From Lama guanicoe (lineage: Eukaryota), in contig MU053482.1 in NCBI GenBank assembly GCA_013239625.1, positions 905,168 through 969,167 on the forward strand: DNA of 64,000 nucleotides. The letters run 5' to 3'. Positions 26,206 through 38,530 of this stretch are shown piece by piece; position 1 is the stretch's first letter, and each line of letters starts with the position of its first letter. The translations under genes and the position numbers were made by a program. Below the pieces are notes generated by a model, which was not told the origin of the DNA, made no database searches, and was given only the letters and a program-made list of their open reading frames with translations.

Positions 26206-27480
26206 GTGTATGTGTGTGTTCATTTTCGAGCTCTGTCTGCTGAAAGTAATGTAACCCCAGTAACAAAGAGCACATCTAGTACCCAGATCTTGGTTTCTAA
26301 ATAGCTTTATCAAATAAGGGAAACCTTATTAGAGGCCTTCTTAGGGAAATGTTTAATTTCAGGACTGAGGAAAGGGAAGTACAAGAGGAGCCCAGAGTAT
26401 CTTGATTCGTCATAAACCAAGCAAGTAATAAGACATTGTGAGGACCTGTCCAAAGGACACAGCAGTCAGCTTGAAGGACAACTGGGACAGTTTGAGCATG
26501 AAAATAAATAGTAACTGTAATATAACCTGTTGATTAAAATAAGGATCAACGAGTCAATGAATGAATGAATGAACACAGGAAAAGGAAAAGCTCTTTCTTA
26601 TAGTACCAACGCATAAATGTACAAGAAATTATTGAATTAGGAAGTCATCAGAAGCAAACATCATAGTAATCATTTAGTAACAAGTCATTGGTAGAGTGTA
26701 AGACTAGTAGGTAAAAGTGTTAGTAATGTAATCTCAAAGGATCTCCCCACAGGTTTCTTATTAATTACAAAGGGAAACCTGTGGCTTTATAGTGAAGAAA
26801 TTTGTTAGGCACCACCTTAACCCAGTGACGAAAATTAGCATCACTAGGAATGGTACAAATCAACATTGTGTTCTTGACAAGATGTCCTGAGAGGAACACA
26901 GCATTACTTCTGTGACCTTCCTGCCGGAAGTGCAGAACCTAAATCTAATATTGAGGAAACAAGAGTGAAATAAAACTGAGGGGAATTCTAAAAAAATAAC
27001 TATGTTGTACTCTTCAAAAATGTCAAGATCATGAACAGGAAAGACTGAGAAACTGTTCTGGACTGAAAAAGAATAAAAAATGACATTGAAATGTAGATCT
27101 TGAGCTAGAAGATCCTTATACTTTCGTTTGCTATAAAATACGTTACTGGGACAATTTGTGAAATTTAAATGGTCTCGGTGTTAATTCTGTTAATTTTGTG
27201 ATTATGTAGGAGGGTGTCCTTTTCTTTAAGATACAACAGTAGTGAGTCTTCCTGCTAACTACTTATTCTCAACTAATTTGGAAAGAAAAAAATATGTGCA
27301 TACAGACACATACATATATGTAGACAGAGGATGGGGAGGGGAGGAAGGAGAGAAAATGATGAAGAAAATGTGTCAGAGTTAACCATTGGGAAACCTGGTT
27401 GAAGGCAAACTGGAGTTCTTATTCTTGCAACCTTTGTATAACTTTGGAATTATTTTAAAAATTTAAAAGTTTTTTAAGAA
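26020..27480 (+). mobile_element. L1MC-like 3' region containing a (TG)n microsatellite
   Basis: AGCTCTGTCTGCTGAAAG..GAGCACATCTAGTACCCAGATCTTGGTTTCTAAATA; TTATTAATTACAAAGGGAAA..CACCACCTTAACCCAGTGA. Confidence 0.8.
26174..26218. repeat. (TG)n microsatellite
   Basis: About 14 perfect TG units plus an imperfect extension. Confidence 0.95.
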
Positions 27481-27604
27481 ATCTGTTTCTCTGACACTTT
27501 TTTCGCTTCCATTTTCTCTCCTGACTTCAGCTTCCTTCTAATGATCACTAAAGGTACATGGTGGAAATTAGTAAATGAAGAAGTCAATTCATCAGGTGAA
27601 GAAG

Positions 27605-27830
27605 TAGTAAAATATGATGGTTAAGCTTCTGGGCTTGTGATCAGACTGCCTGAGCTCAAAATCCCATCCCTGGTGTGGTTTGAGGCAAGTCGCTGAACCT
27701 CTCTGTGTCAGCTTTATCATCTGTAAAATAAGAATGTGAGAATGCCCACTTCATGAGGGCTTGGGGAGGATTAAATCATTCAACACATTTAAAACACTTA
27801 ACACAGCGTTCGACCATGGTAAAAATTAAA
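27605..27830 (+). mobile_element. MIR SINE
   Basis: TCAGACTGCCTGAGCTCAAAATCCCA..GGCAAGTCGCTGAACCTCTCTGTGTCAGCTTTATCATCTGTAAAAT. Confidence 0.75.
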
Positions 27831-28489
27831 TGTATATTCAGTTTTTTTCCAAAGGACTTACTGAGAGAGAGTGCTGCTGAAAGAATAGCTGGTTTGTGTG
27901 GCTGGAATCTTTATAGAGCCCTGTATGGCGGTAGTTCTAAGAAAACCTCCCATATCCATGCAATATTGAATTAATTCACTATCTCCAAGCCATGAAAATG
28001 CAAGATATTTTGTATCACAGGCTGAGCAAGCACCCCTAAGTGAGGTTTCTGATTAATTATAATAATGAATGGATTTTGTGGTTAATTTAACTTAAAAACC
28101 ACAGCCACACTGCCCAGAATCATCGGAGAATAGGGTGGATGGAGGGAAGGGTGAGAGATTCTGGAGGACAGAACAAACTCTGGGTGCTGCAGGCAATGCC
28201 TGACAATGATTCCTTGAGCTATTTAGCAGCTTATTTTAAGAAATATTGGATTTTATCAGGTCAGTCAGTGAAGCAGAAAAAGCTCAGCTTGCCTGTGATG
28301 CTTCTGGAATACAAGAAATGTATCTGCACTAGAGCATGGAGGAGCAGTGTAGGAAAGGAGCCTACAAGAGAAAACAACTGGATGAGGGGAAAACACAATT
28401 AAAATCTCATGCTCCTAGCTCTTAGTCAGAAATAAAGTCCTGCCCAAGTGATGCTCAACAGAGATTGTCTTTGAAGGATATTATGACAT

Positions 28490-28700
28490 TAAGAACACCA
28501 GTTTTAGAGGCAGGCAAGTCTGCAGGTGAATCTTGACTGACACTTGATAACCAACCATGTGATCTTGGGTAAGCTGTTTAAACTCTCGAAGACAGATACT
28601 GCACATATAAAATGGGGATAATATTACTTGCCTCAGAGTGTTAGGTGATCATCAAAAGAGGTAATATTAGAATGTCTATCACATAATATGTTCAATCAGC
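28490..28700 (+). mobile_element. MIR SINE
   Basis: ATGTGATCTTGGGTAAGCTGTTTAAACTCTC..ATAAAATGGGGATAATATTACTTGCCTCAGAG. Confidence 0.65.
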
Positions 28701-28794
28701 ATTTATTGTTCCTATTATGATAGGAAGCATAAAGCAATGACAAAATCAAGACAAAATTGGAAAGAAAAAGTATTCATTTCTGAAGATTGAGCCA

Positions 28795-31700
28795 ACTTTT
28801 TATTTTGAGATAATTATAGATTCCTATGCAGTTGTAAGAAATAGCACAGAAAGATCCCACTTCAGAGCACCTTTTCCCAGTCCGCTCAGTTCAGAGTACT
28901 CTTCGCTTGACCTCTGGCAACCACTGATTGGTTCTTTGGTTCCATGAGTTTGCAATTTTAAGAATATTGTATAAATGGAATCATAGAGTAGTTAACCTTT
29001 GGAGATCAGCTGTTTTTACTCAGCATAATTCTCTGGAGGTTCAGGCAGGTTTTTATGTGTGTCAGTAGTTTGTTTCCTTTTATTGCTAAGTAGTAGTCTA
29101 CAGTACAGATGTACCACAGTTTGTTTAACCATTCAGCCACGGAAGGACTTCGGGGTTGTCTGACTATTACAAATAAAGCGGCTGTAAACATTTGTTTACA
29201 GATTTTGGTATGACCCTCAGGTTTTCTTTCTCTGGGATAAATGCCCAGGAGTGCAATTGCCAGATCATATGGTAGTTGCTTGTTAGTGTTTGGAAGCACT
29301 ACCAAATTGTGCTCCACAGGGGCTATACCATTTTACACATCAGCAGTGTATGAGTGATTCAGCTGGAGTGTCTTATTTTTCATTTCAGCCATTCTGATAG
29401 ATGTGTAATGACATCTCAGTTGTTGTTTTAATTTGCATTTCCCAAATGGCTAACAATGTTAAACATCTTTTCAAGTGTTTATTTGCCATCCGCTTTATCC
29501 TCTTTGGTGGAGTCTCTTCATACCCTTTTCGCATTTTCTAATTTGGTGATTGGTTTTATTACTGGTGAGTTTTGTGGATTCTTTATGTAGTCTAGATGTT
29601 AGTCCTTCATCAGATATGTGGCTTACAAATGTTTTCTTATGCTCTGTAGCTTGCCTTTTTGCCCTAACAGGTTTTCCCAGAGAAAAAGTTTTAATTTTAA
29701 TGAAATACAGCTTATTTTTCTTTTTATGGATCATGGTGACAAATCTAAGGAAACTTTGCCTAGTCAATTGTTCCTTAAGATTTTTTTATGAAATATTAGT
29801 ATTCTAATGAAGTATTATAGTTTTACACTTTACATAAAGTCCGTGACCATTTTGAGTTTATTTTATATAAGGTGTGAAACTTAGGTCCGAGTTCTGCCTA
29901 TGGATGTCCAATTGCTCCAGCACCGTTTGTTGAAAAAGTTGTCTTTCCTCCGCTGAATTACCTGTATTATAACCTTTGAACCTTTGTCAACAATCTATCT
30001 GGCATATCTGGGTCAATTTCTGGGTTCTCTCTTGTGTTCTGTTGTTTTGTTTGTTCATCCCTCTGCCAGTACCACACAGTTTTGATTACTGTAGCTATAT
30101 AATAAGTCCTCAAATCAGGTAGACTCTTTCCTCCTAATTCTTGTTTCTCAAAATTGTTTTAGCTATTCTAGTTTCTTTGCATTTTCATATAAATGTTAGA
30201 GTAGTCTCATCTCAGCTAGGTCAGAAGCCAAAGACAGAAAGTTTTTCTGGGAATTTGGTAAGAGTTGTATTAAACCTGCATATCAATTTGGGGAAAATTG
30301 ACATCTTTACTGTGTTGTCTTCCAATCCAGGAACCTAGTGTATCTCTCCATTTATTCTGATCTTTGATTTCTTTCATCAGCATTTTGTAGCTGTCAGCAT
30401 GCATGTCCCTTACATGTTTTGTTAGATTGACACTTAAGTGAGTCATTTTAAAGTGACTATATGCAGTATTGTATTTTAAATTTCATTGCCCATGTAGTCA
30501 TTGCTAATGTAATAGTATTTATAATAGTGTTTATATGTTTATCTTATATCCCATTACTTTGCTGAACCTACTTACATTCTTGGAGATTTTTGTAGATTCC
30601 TGGATATTTTCTATGTAGACAATCATGTTATCTGCATATAGATTTTAATTTCTTCTTTTTCTATCTGTATGCCTTTTGTTTCTTTTTCTTGCTTTATTGT
30701 ACTGGTTATAACTTAGAGTGAAAGGTTGAATATGAGTGGTGAATGCCAATCTCAGGGGGAAAGCATTCAGTCTTTGCCCCTTAAGTATAATACTATCATG
30801 CGTTTTTTGATGCTCTGTCAAGTTAAGAAGTTGCCCTCTATTCCTATGTTTCTGAGAGTTTTTACCATAAATGGGTATAAATGAATTTTGTCAAATGCCT
30901 TTGCTGTGTTGATTGTTATGTTTATATGATTTTTCCTTCTGTGGTCTGTTAATATGGTGGATTACACTGGTTGAGTTTTGAATTTTGAACCAGCCTTGTA
31001 TCTCTGGAATAATCCCAACCTGGTCATTCTGTAAACAATTCTTTCCATAGGTTGCTAGTTGTATTTGCTAGAGTTGCTTTCATCTATATTAATGAGGGAT
31101 ATTGGTCTTTAAGTTTAGTTTTTAATATACTGGCTTTGTTGTATTTTGGTATCAGGGTAATATTAGCTTGATAAAATTAATTGGGAAGTGATCCCTCATC
31201 TTCTGCTTTCTGGAAGAGATTATGTGGAATTGATGCTAAGTATTTTTTAAACATATGGTAGAATTCTCTGGTAAAACCATCCAAGTCTGAAGATTACTTT
31301 TGGGGGGCGGGGTTTATTTATGAATTAAATTTCTTTAACAGTTATAGATTTATTTAAATTATCTTATTTCATATTGGGTGAGTTGTAGTAGCTTGTGTTT
31401 TTTGAGGAATTGGCTCATTTTGTCTAAGTTGTCAAATTTATGGATGCAGAATTGTTCATATTCTTCCCTTATTATCCCTTTGACATCTGCAAAGTCTGCA
31501 GTAATGTCCTGTGTTTCATTCCTGATACTGGGAATTTGTGCCTTCTCTCTTTTTCATCTTTGTCAGTCTTGCTAAAGTTTTGTCAGTTTTATTGATCTTT
31601 CCATCTTTGTTTCATCGATTTCTCTATAATTTTTATGTTTTCAAGTTCATTGATTTCTAGTATCTTCAGTATTTTTTTCCTCCTTGTTGCTTTGGGTTTA

Positions 31701-32460
31701 TTTTGCTCTTCTTTTTCTAAGTTCTTGAGGTACCAGTTTAGATGATTGATTTGAGACTTTTTTTCATAATCTATAAATCAAGGGTATATTTATAAATATT
31801 GTCTTCATTCATATTTTTGCTTACCACCCTCTTTCTTTCTTCCTAATGTGCCTCTGTTGTTATTTCCTTTGTGTTTAGAGACTTCTTTTAGCCATTGTTT
31901 TAAGGTAGATTTATTTGTGACAGATTTTTCATGTTCCTTCATCTGAGAATGTTTTGATTCTTCCCTGAATTCCTGAAGGATATGTTCATTGGCTGTAGGA
32001 TTCTGGGTTGACAGTTCTTCTAGCACTTGAAAAATATCGTGCTAGTACTTCCTTTTGGCCTCAGTGGATTCTGATGAGAAATATACTGTTATCCAAATTG
32101 ATTTTCCCCTCTAAGTAGTGTGTCATTTTCCTTTGGCTGCTTTCAAGATTTTCTCCTTATTTTTAGTCTTCAGAAGTTTATTTAAGTTTAGGTAGGTTTG
32201 GTGTGGGAGGGTTATCCTGTTTGAGATCCACTCAGCTTCTTAAATCTGTAGATTAATGTCTCTTGCTAAATTTGGGAAGATCTCATATATTACTTCTTTG
32301 AGTACTTTTTTTAGTCCCTCCCTCTTACTCCTCTCTTTCTGGGACACTGGATTTTTTGTTATGTTTTGTTTTGTTTTGTAGTCTGTTTTTTTCTCTTTTG
32401 TTCCAATTAAATAGTTTCTGTTGTTTTTTTCTTCAAGTTCCCTGATTCTTTCCTCTGTCT
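28795..32460 (-). mobile_element. Large decayed LINE-1 (L1MC/MB-like): 3' UTR, ORF2 and part of ORF1, with internal deletions
   Basis: AACTTTTTATTTTGAGATAATTATAGATTC 3' end; continuous reverse ORF2 motifs (e.g. ORF 29006-29317 LPYDLAIALLGIYPRE..MFTAALFVI); ORF1-like ELSTQNPTA/LKQWLKEV. Confidence 0.9.
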
Positions 32461-32814
32461 TCTCTAGCAGGGAGAGAGAGAGGCCACTAGTGCCAGGTGG
32501 AGGTAGAGTTCAGGCTTTCCATGTGAATTGTGGCAGTTTTAATATATAGTCACTTAGAGAAAAGCTTGGTATCCCATTGGGAAGTTGGCTAGCTATCCTG
32601 ATAGATCCCTTTAATGGACATTTCCTTGGAAAATTTATGACAAGCCTCCTATAAGCCTGAATATGGCTCTCAAACCATCAGCTTGGAAACATGATTGTCA
32701 GCATGATGAAAGCGAGCTCTGTTTTTCAAAGTGGACTCCCATTAAAAAACCTCATGAAGGCCAATGACTGAAGCCTAAAATGCCAATTAATTAATTTAAA
32801 TTAGGAAGTTTATT

Positions 32815-33055
32815 ATGGTTATCAGTGGGGAAAGGGAAGAGTGGTAGGGACAAGATGGGGTAAGGGATTAAAAGGTGCAAACTACCATGTATAAAATAAA
32901 TAAGCTACAAGGATGTATTGTACAATAAAGGAAATATAGCCAAATTTTTATAACTGTACATGGAATATAGCCTTTAATAATTGTGAGCCACTGTGTTGTA
33001 CAACTGAAACTTACATAATCTTGTGCATCAACTATACTGTGATTCTAAAAGAAGT
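32815..33055 (+). mobile_element. LINE-1 3' end
   Basis: GGGATTAAAAGGTGCAAACTACCATGTATAAAATAAATAAGCTACAAGGATGTATTGTACAA..CATCAACTATACT. Confidence 0.85.
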
Positions 33056-34059
33056 TGTTTAGCCATTAGAAGACTTAAAAGAAAATAAATGCTTTCTCTG
33101 GAGACAAATGAAAATGGAAAAGTTAATTATAACAAGAAGGCTGCTTAGTGAGCCTGCAATTTAGAAAAAGAGCAGCTGGTTGGGGATTTTAATGCCTAGA
33201 GTCATAGAGCCCTGAAAACTGCCAAGTGCTCAGGGTCATACCTGCCACACCACCTGGTTGGTCATCATACTGGGTCAGGACACCCTCTCTTCTGACTATG
33301 AAAAAAAAACTCTACCAATATTTGACTTTCTCTCTTCTAAGCTTACTTTGCTGACTAAATTTCCTAAAGATTGTCATGTTTTTACCCTGTATGTGTTAGT
33401 ATATTAAATAATACAGTTTTGTTCGAGTCTTGGCCAGAGCTTATTCTGTCTCTGTTTTGTCACTTTACATATCTCTGATACAAACCAGTAAACTAAAAAC
33501 TCAAAGTGCAACCTTATTTCAGGTTCTTGAAGGGAATCTTATCGTCCCTGTGAACCACCTACAAAATGAGAAAACATTATTTTACAACAAAGATTAAGTG
33601 AGACTTGGTCCTTTCTTTACCCTGAAAAAGCCTGTTCCTTTTAAGGGAGTAAAAGCCGACAAGTGTATGTCTCCTCTGTAACGTCAACTTTAGGAAATAT
33701 AAAGAAAGAGAAGTTAAAGATACTAGAAGGTGGGTGAGAGTAAGTTTGGTTCTATGCTTGTATGTCTGATTTTAGGGTCTTCAGGGAAAGTGTTTGGAGG
33801 GGCTATGAGGTATAACCTCCCCTTTTCTGTGTAGACACTCTCCTTCAGGTGCTGTCTTTGGAGATTTATGGATTGCCTTTAAGGGAGCTGGGAGGTTTCC
33901 TTTAGTATATGTTGATGAATTGGTTCCTCTAGCCAGATAGTTATCATGCTTAGTTGTAATACAACAAACTGATTTTTTATTATCTAAAAATTTAGCTCAA
34001 ATTCATTTCCATTTAGGGAGAGAATTAAAATTTTCTCATGTTTAAGGAGGAAATCCAAA

Positions 34060-34800
34060 TTGCCTCCTGTTTATTAGTTGTTCAGTAATAACTGGTAGAG
34101 TTCCTGACCTTAGGGAGCATGTGCCTATGGTGGGAAATGGACATTAGTCAAACAACCACACAAGTAGAAGAAATACCACAGTTGTAACAAATGTTATGAA
34201 AGAGGAAAGCACGTTACTATAAGAACAATAAAATAAGGTATATTTTTATGTTATCAAGGACGTAAGGGAAGTCAGGAAAGTTTTCTCTGAGGAAATGATG
34301 ACTGAGTTGAGATCCGAAGGAAGAGGTAGAGTTAACAAGGCCAAGAGGGAAAGGGAAAATACTGAAATCAGGAGGAAATGATATATATTCAAAAACCCAT
34401 AGCAAGAATGCAGACTGTAGTCCACAAAATGCCATTGCAACTTGAGTTAAGTGAGTGATGGAGGTGCAAGTTCAGTTCAGATGTAACTAGGAAGATAGAT
34501 ATAGGGTGAATTATGTTAAGGAATTTATCTTTATTATAAGTGCAATGGGAAGCCGCTGAAATGTTTTAAACAGAAAAATGACACAATAAAATACAGTGCT
34601 TTCAAAATAACACTGTACCCACTATGTGGAAAACAGATGACAAAGGGACAAAAGTGGGTTCAGGAAGATCATTTATTAGTAAGACTATTGGAATAGTCTG
34701 AGCAGTTGATGGCAATAGCTTGGCCTCGCCACACAGTGTGGTAAAAATGAGGTTGTGATAGATCTTAGAAATATTTAGGAAGCAAAGTCAAGTAGAGAGG
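34060..34800 (-). mobile_element. LINE-2 remnant
   Basis: GGAAGTCAGGAAAGTTTTCTCTGAGGAAATGATGACTGAGTTGAGATCCGAAGG; TGCAATGGGAAGCCGCTGAAATGTTTTAAACAG. Confidence 0.75.
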
Positions 34801-35703
34801 GAGGTAGGGGGTGGGAAACCCTTTGTGACTGCATAATCCCCAGGCCTGGATTAGGAAATCCTCCTATAAACATGCATAACTCCTTGGCCTTGCCAGCATT
34901 GCAGGCTGTTGTATAAGGCACTGAAAACCGCCTGTCTCCCTGTACAGTGTAAGCTCCACGTCTTGCTCATTGTTGTGTCTGCAGCGCTTAGTGCCACACC
35001 GAGTGCACATCAGTTGTGAGTTTGTATGGAGAAAGAGTAGAAATAGAGAGACTCTGAAGTGGAGTTCAAACAATATCAATAGATTTTCAGAAAAGAGAAG
35101 TAACTTGAAACATGAAAAGTAGTAAGGTATCCTCAATATTTAACTCTTGGCTGTGTTACAGATATTTACATGTTCAGAAATAGAGCATGCATGCTTTTGT
35201 ATTCCAGTGGTACCCACATCCAATGAAAGCAAAATGAACAGCAGTTCTAATTGAAGTTATTCAGGACTTCCAGGAAGGGGCTTAGAACAGACACAGGCAC
35301 TAATTCTAAGACCTAAGAAAATGCAGCATCTCTTCAACACTCCCTTCCAACAGTTATACTCAGAGCTCAACTCAGTTCTTAGGGCTAGATTGATGGTGCC
35401 CCATTCTCCAGGCTACCTTGAAATAGAGAAGAGCACCTGTACATGTCTCCATCTAATGCAATGCTGTTCACAAAATCCTCTCCTTTCATACCCTTCCCTA
35501 TCTTCTTTTGGCCCATCACCCCTTCTTGCTGCTTGTAAAATGTGTCTAAGGATACTGATGAATGCTTCTAACAACGTGTTTCTAAAAGTTCTCTTCCATT
35601 CCCTCATGAACTATCAGCAGTGGCATTTTACATTTGATTATTAGTCATTTTCTTTCATGCTTCAGGTTTTCTCTACATGTCTGGACATGTCTTTTTTGCC
35701 TGC

Positions 35704-36175
35704 TGTGGCAGCCAGCCTCCTATATGGTATCCATTGATGTCACCTTCTGATATTCTTGTCCTTGTGTAGTTGGTCTGTGCAACTTGTAGAATATGGCTGA
35801 CAAGATTTGCAGTTTCACAGGTTAGGTCATAAAAGGCACTGTGACTTCTTGGTTCCTGTTTTGTCCTTTCCCTTGGATTGCTCTCTCTGGAGGAATCTAA
35901 CTACTGTAACATTATGAGAGGCCCTCAAAGCAAGGGGTAAGGTCTGGATCATAGCCTCATGAGTGAGCTTGGAAGCAGATCCTTGGGTCCCAGTCAAGCC
36001 TTCAGATAACTGTAGTCCCAGCCAAGATCTAGACTCATGAGAGATGTGAGCCAGAATGACCCAACTAAGTTATGAGTTCCCAACCCTCAGAAACTGTGTG
36101 AGACTTAAATGTTTGTTATTTTCAGCCACAGAGTTTTGGAGTGATTTGTTACACAGCAGTGGGTAACTGAAGCAT
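35704..36175 (+). mobile_element. MLT1 (MaLR) solo LTR
   Basis: TGTGGCAGCCAGCCTC start; CCCAGTCAAGCCTTCAGATAACTG; end TTTTGGAGTGATTTGTTACACAGCAGTGGGTAACTGAAGCA. Confidence 0.85.
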
Positions 36176-36956
36176 CTACTCATATTTAAGAATGGAGGGA
36201 CTGGGAGGGCTGACTAGGAGTTCTTTGTATGTGGATGAGGTTTATTGAGTGGAAGTTCTTCTTCAAAATGAATTCTTAAGAAAGTGAGCAAACTCTGTGA
36301 AAAATAGGGCCTAACTTTTGTATGACAATGGTCTCATTAGTCACCCTACTTCTCCCATAGTAGTTCACTTAGTTTCTTTAGAGACTTTTTTCCTGGTGAT
36401 AAATGATGGGCTGTCTAATCTCCCCCTATGGCTGTGAAGGCTGGAAGAGTCTGTTCTATACACAGATCTTAAGTTAATCTTTGTTTTCAACCTCACTTCT
36501 AACCCTCGCCTTCTGGTTATAGATTTTTGCCAGGCATGTGATTTCCTCTTCCCTGTGGTGCTTTGCAGCTCTGTTCAGGCTATGCCGTTCTCTGGTTTAT
36601 TGCATTTGTCAGCAGTCTTCCATGTGCATTCAGAAGTATGTTGAAATGTTTTGTCTGGTGAGACTACATCCTCACACTTCCCTTCTACCTTCTATTGTTC
36701 TCTTTGCTGTTATGTGTTTATACTATTTAAAAAGTATTATTTTGCTATTATTTTAGTGGGATTTAGGGATTGGGGAAGGCAAAGTATGCTCACTCTGCCA
36801 TGTTGAACCAGCAGTCTTCTGCGTAGCATCTTTTTTTCCATTCATTCAGTACACAACACTTCACTTTTAAAGATCCAAAGCAGGCTACTGTCATCATGTG
36901 GTCTTTTCCAAGTGGTCTCTTGAACAACTCCAACTCCCTTAATTCACTTCATTTAG

Positions 36957-37332
36957 CCTTCACAGTGGGGTCACTGTCCTCTCCAGGCAAATTCTCCATT
37001 CTTTTCAACATTTCCCCTCACACCTCCAAATAACCACAGGTATTCTATGGAACCCAGATCTTCTGGAGAAATGATCCTTTCCTGTTTGGTGTTCTAGAGA
37101 TCTTTAGGAAGGTCCTGGTTGGGAATGATCTGGTGACACAGTTCTGGCCTTCCTTGTACAGCTTTGTGAGTTGAGCCTGGAGGGCGCAGTCCCTGCTAGG
37201 ACAGGCAGGAAGAGCCAGTATGATGAGGGGTGAAGATCCCATTCACATTTCTTGTGCTGGAAGTGTCCACTGTCTCCCTGGGCCACAAGACACTCCTTAC
37301 TGGTCTGTGTGATCACTGTATCACAAGAAACC
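36957..37332 (-). pseudogene. Gene B decayed VJ-type exon
   Basis: Acceptor CTTTCTTTCTCTCTGGTTCAG, then VSC-DTVITQT (Q6), G16-D, F21, YW36, GTAP, PDH; shifted frames give FLKISR and PEDLG. C(37038)GYLEV is in frame with the J-like GEDSDPTVK-G. 376 nt. Confidence 0.65.
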
Positions 37333-37415
37333 CTGAACCAGAGAGAAAGAAAGCACAGTTCTTAGGATGAAAGAACCTCCCTCCCCACCCTGCCCTCCAT
37401 ACTGGCTCCGTAAAC

Positions 37416-37458
37416 CTCAGAGAAAGGCAGTTCTGGAAATGAAACTTCTGATAGCTAT
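37416..37458 (-). pseudogene. Gene B candidate decayed leader exon
   Basis: ATA GCT ATC AGA AGT TTC ATT TCC AGA ACT GCC TTT CTC TGA G|GTTTAC; 43 nt, phase 1, 83-nt intron to the VJ acceptor. Requires ATG>ATA and TGG>TGA changes and has a weak donor. Confidence 0.3.
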
Positions 37459-38299
37459 TCAAGTTCCTAAACTGGTTCTGTACATTTGTTTCACATCAGG
37501 GTTTATAAAATAACAATTGCCACTTTGATATTTTAAGTTTCTGATAGTGATACTCTCCCTGTATGAACTGTGTGTGATTTCTCCTTTCTACACATAGAAT
37601 ATTGATAAACAACTGAGTTAATAATTTTAAAGTTTGAGTTTTTGCACTTAATTATCATAATATTTACCCCAAAAGGTGTTTTTCACTTAAACACCCAATG
37701 ACAAAGAAATGGTTTCTTAACATATAGGCAAAGTATTGTGTTGATGAATACAAAGCAAATGATATTTGGGGGTACCTGGGCAGGTTTTTTGACATTTGGA
37801 AGGTCTGATCACAGAGGGAGTTTCCCAGATTAAGGATTCATTTAGAGAATTAACTCCAGTAATGAGCTTATCAAGAACATGACAGAGTCTCCTTTCCAGA
37901 AGGGGGATGGAGGAGGAGGCAGGTCACAGGTCAGGAACTCAAGAACTCAAGGACTTCATTTATACCACAGACCTTGGGGAAATGCCAAAGTCAGGGCATT
38001 TGAAAACTGTATGTTATGCTTTTCTTCTGGCTTGAACTAAGTTTTAAAGACGTTAACCTCATTAAGGAAAGCAAAATCAGACTTAGCATGGTTTACAAGA
38101 AGAATTGCAAGAACTGGAGAGGCTGCTTAAAAATAGAGTTGACCCTGTGCCCTGAGTTTTCACTCTTTGGAGGGTTCTCTCAATCCAGCTTCATCTGAGC
38201 CTATCCCTCTGGGCCCGGGGATCACCAGGTCTTTGTTCTTAGTAGATAGAAGGCAGATTAAAACTCCCAAAGACTTTGTTGGGATATAAAAGATTGCCA

Positions 38300-38530
38300 A
38301 GGGGGCGGAGGGTGGGAAGGGATAGACTGGGATTTCAAAATTGTAAAATAGATAAACAAGATTATACTGTATAGCACAGGGAAATATATACAAGATCTTA
38401 TGGCAGCTCATGGAGAAAAAAATGTGACAATGAATATATATATATGTTCATGTATAACTGAAAAATTGTCTCTACACTGAAATTTGATACAACATTGCAA
38501 AATGATTATAAATCAATAAAAAAAAGAAAA
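38300..38530 (+). mobile_element. Young lineage-specific LINE-1 3' end
   Basis: GGGTGGGAAGGGATAGACTGGGATTTCAAAATTGTA..ATAGCACAGGGAAATATATACAAGATCTT..AAATCAATAAAAAAAA. Confidence 0.8.

Noticed and set aside
29006..32026. Several 65-103 aa ORFs
   Set aside because: Fragments or antisense shadows of the decayed LINE-1.
36930..36980. CACTGTG/GACAGTG heptamer-like sequences after the gene B V region as an RSS
   Set aside because: About 70 nt from the Cys codon, no nonamer at 12 or 23 spacing, and the bases are better explained as the J-like ..SDPTV.. codons.
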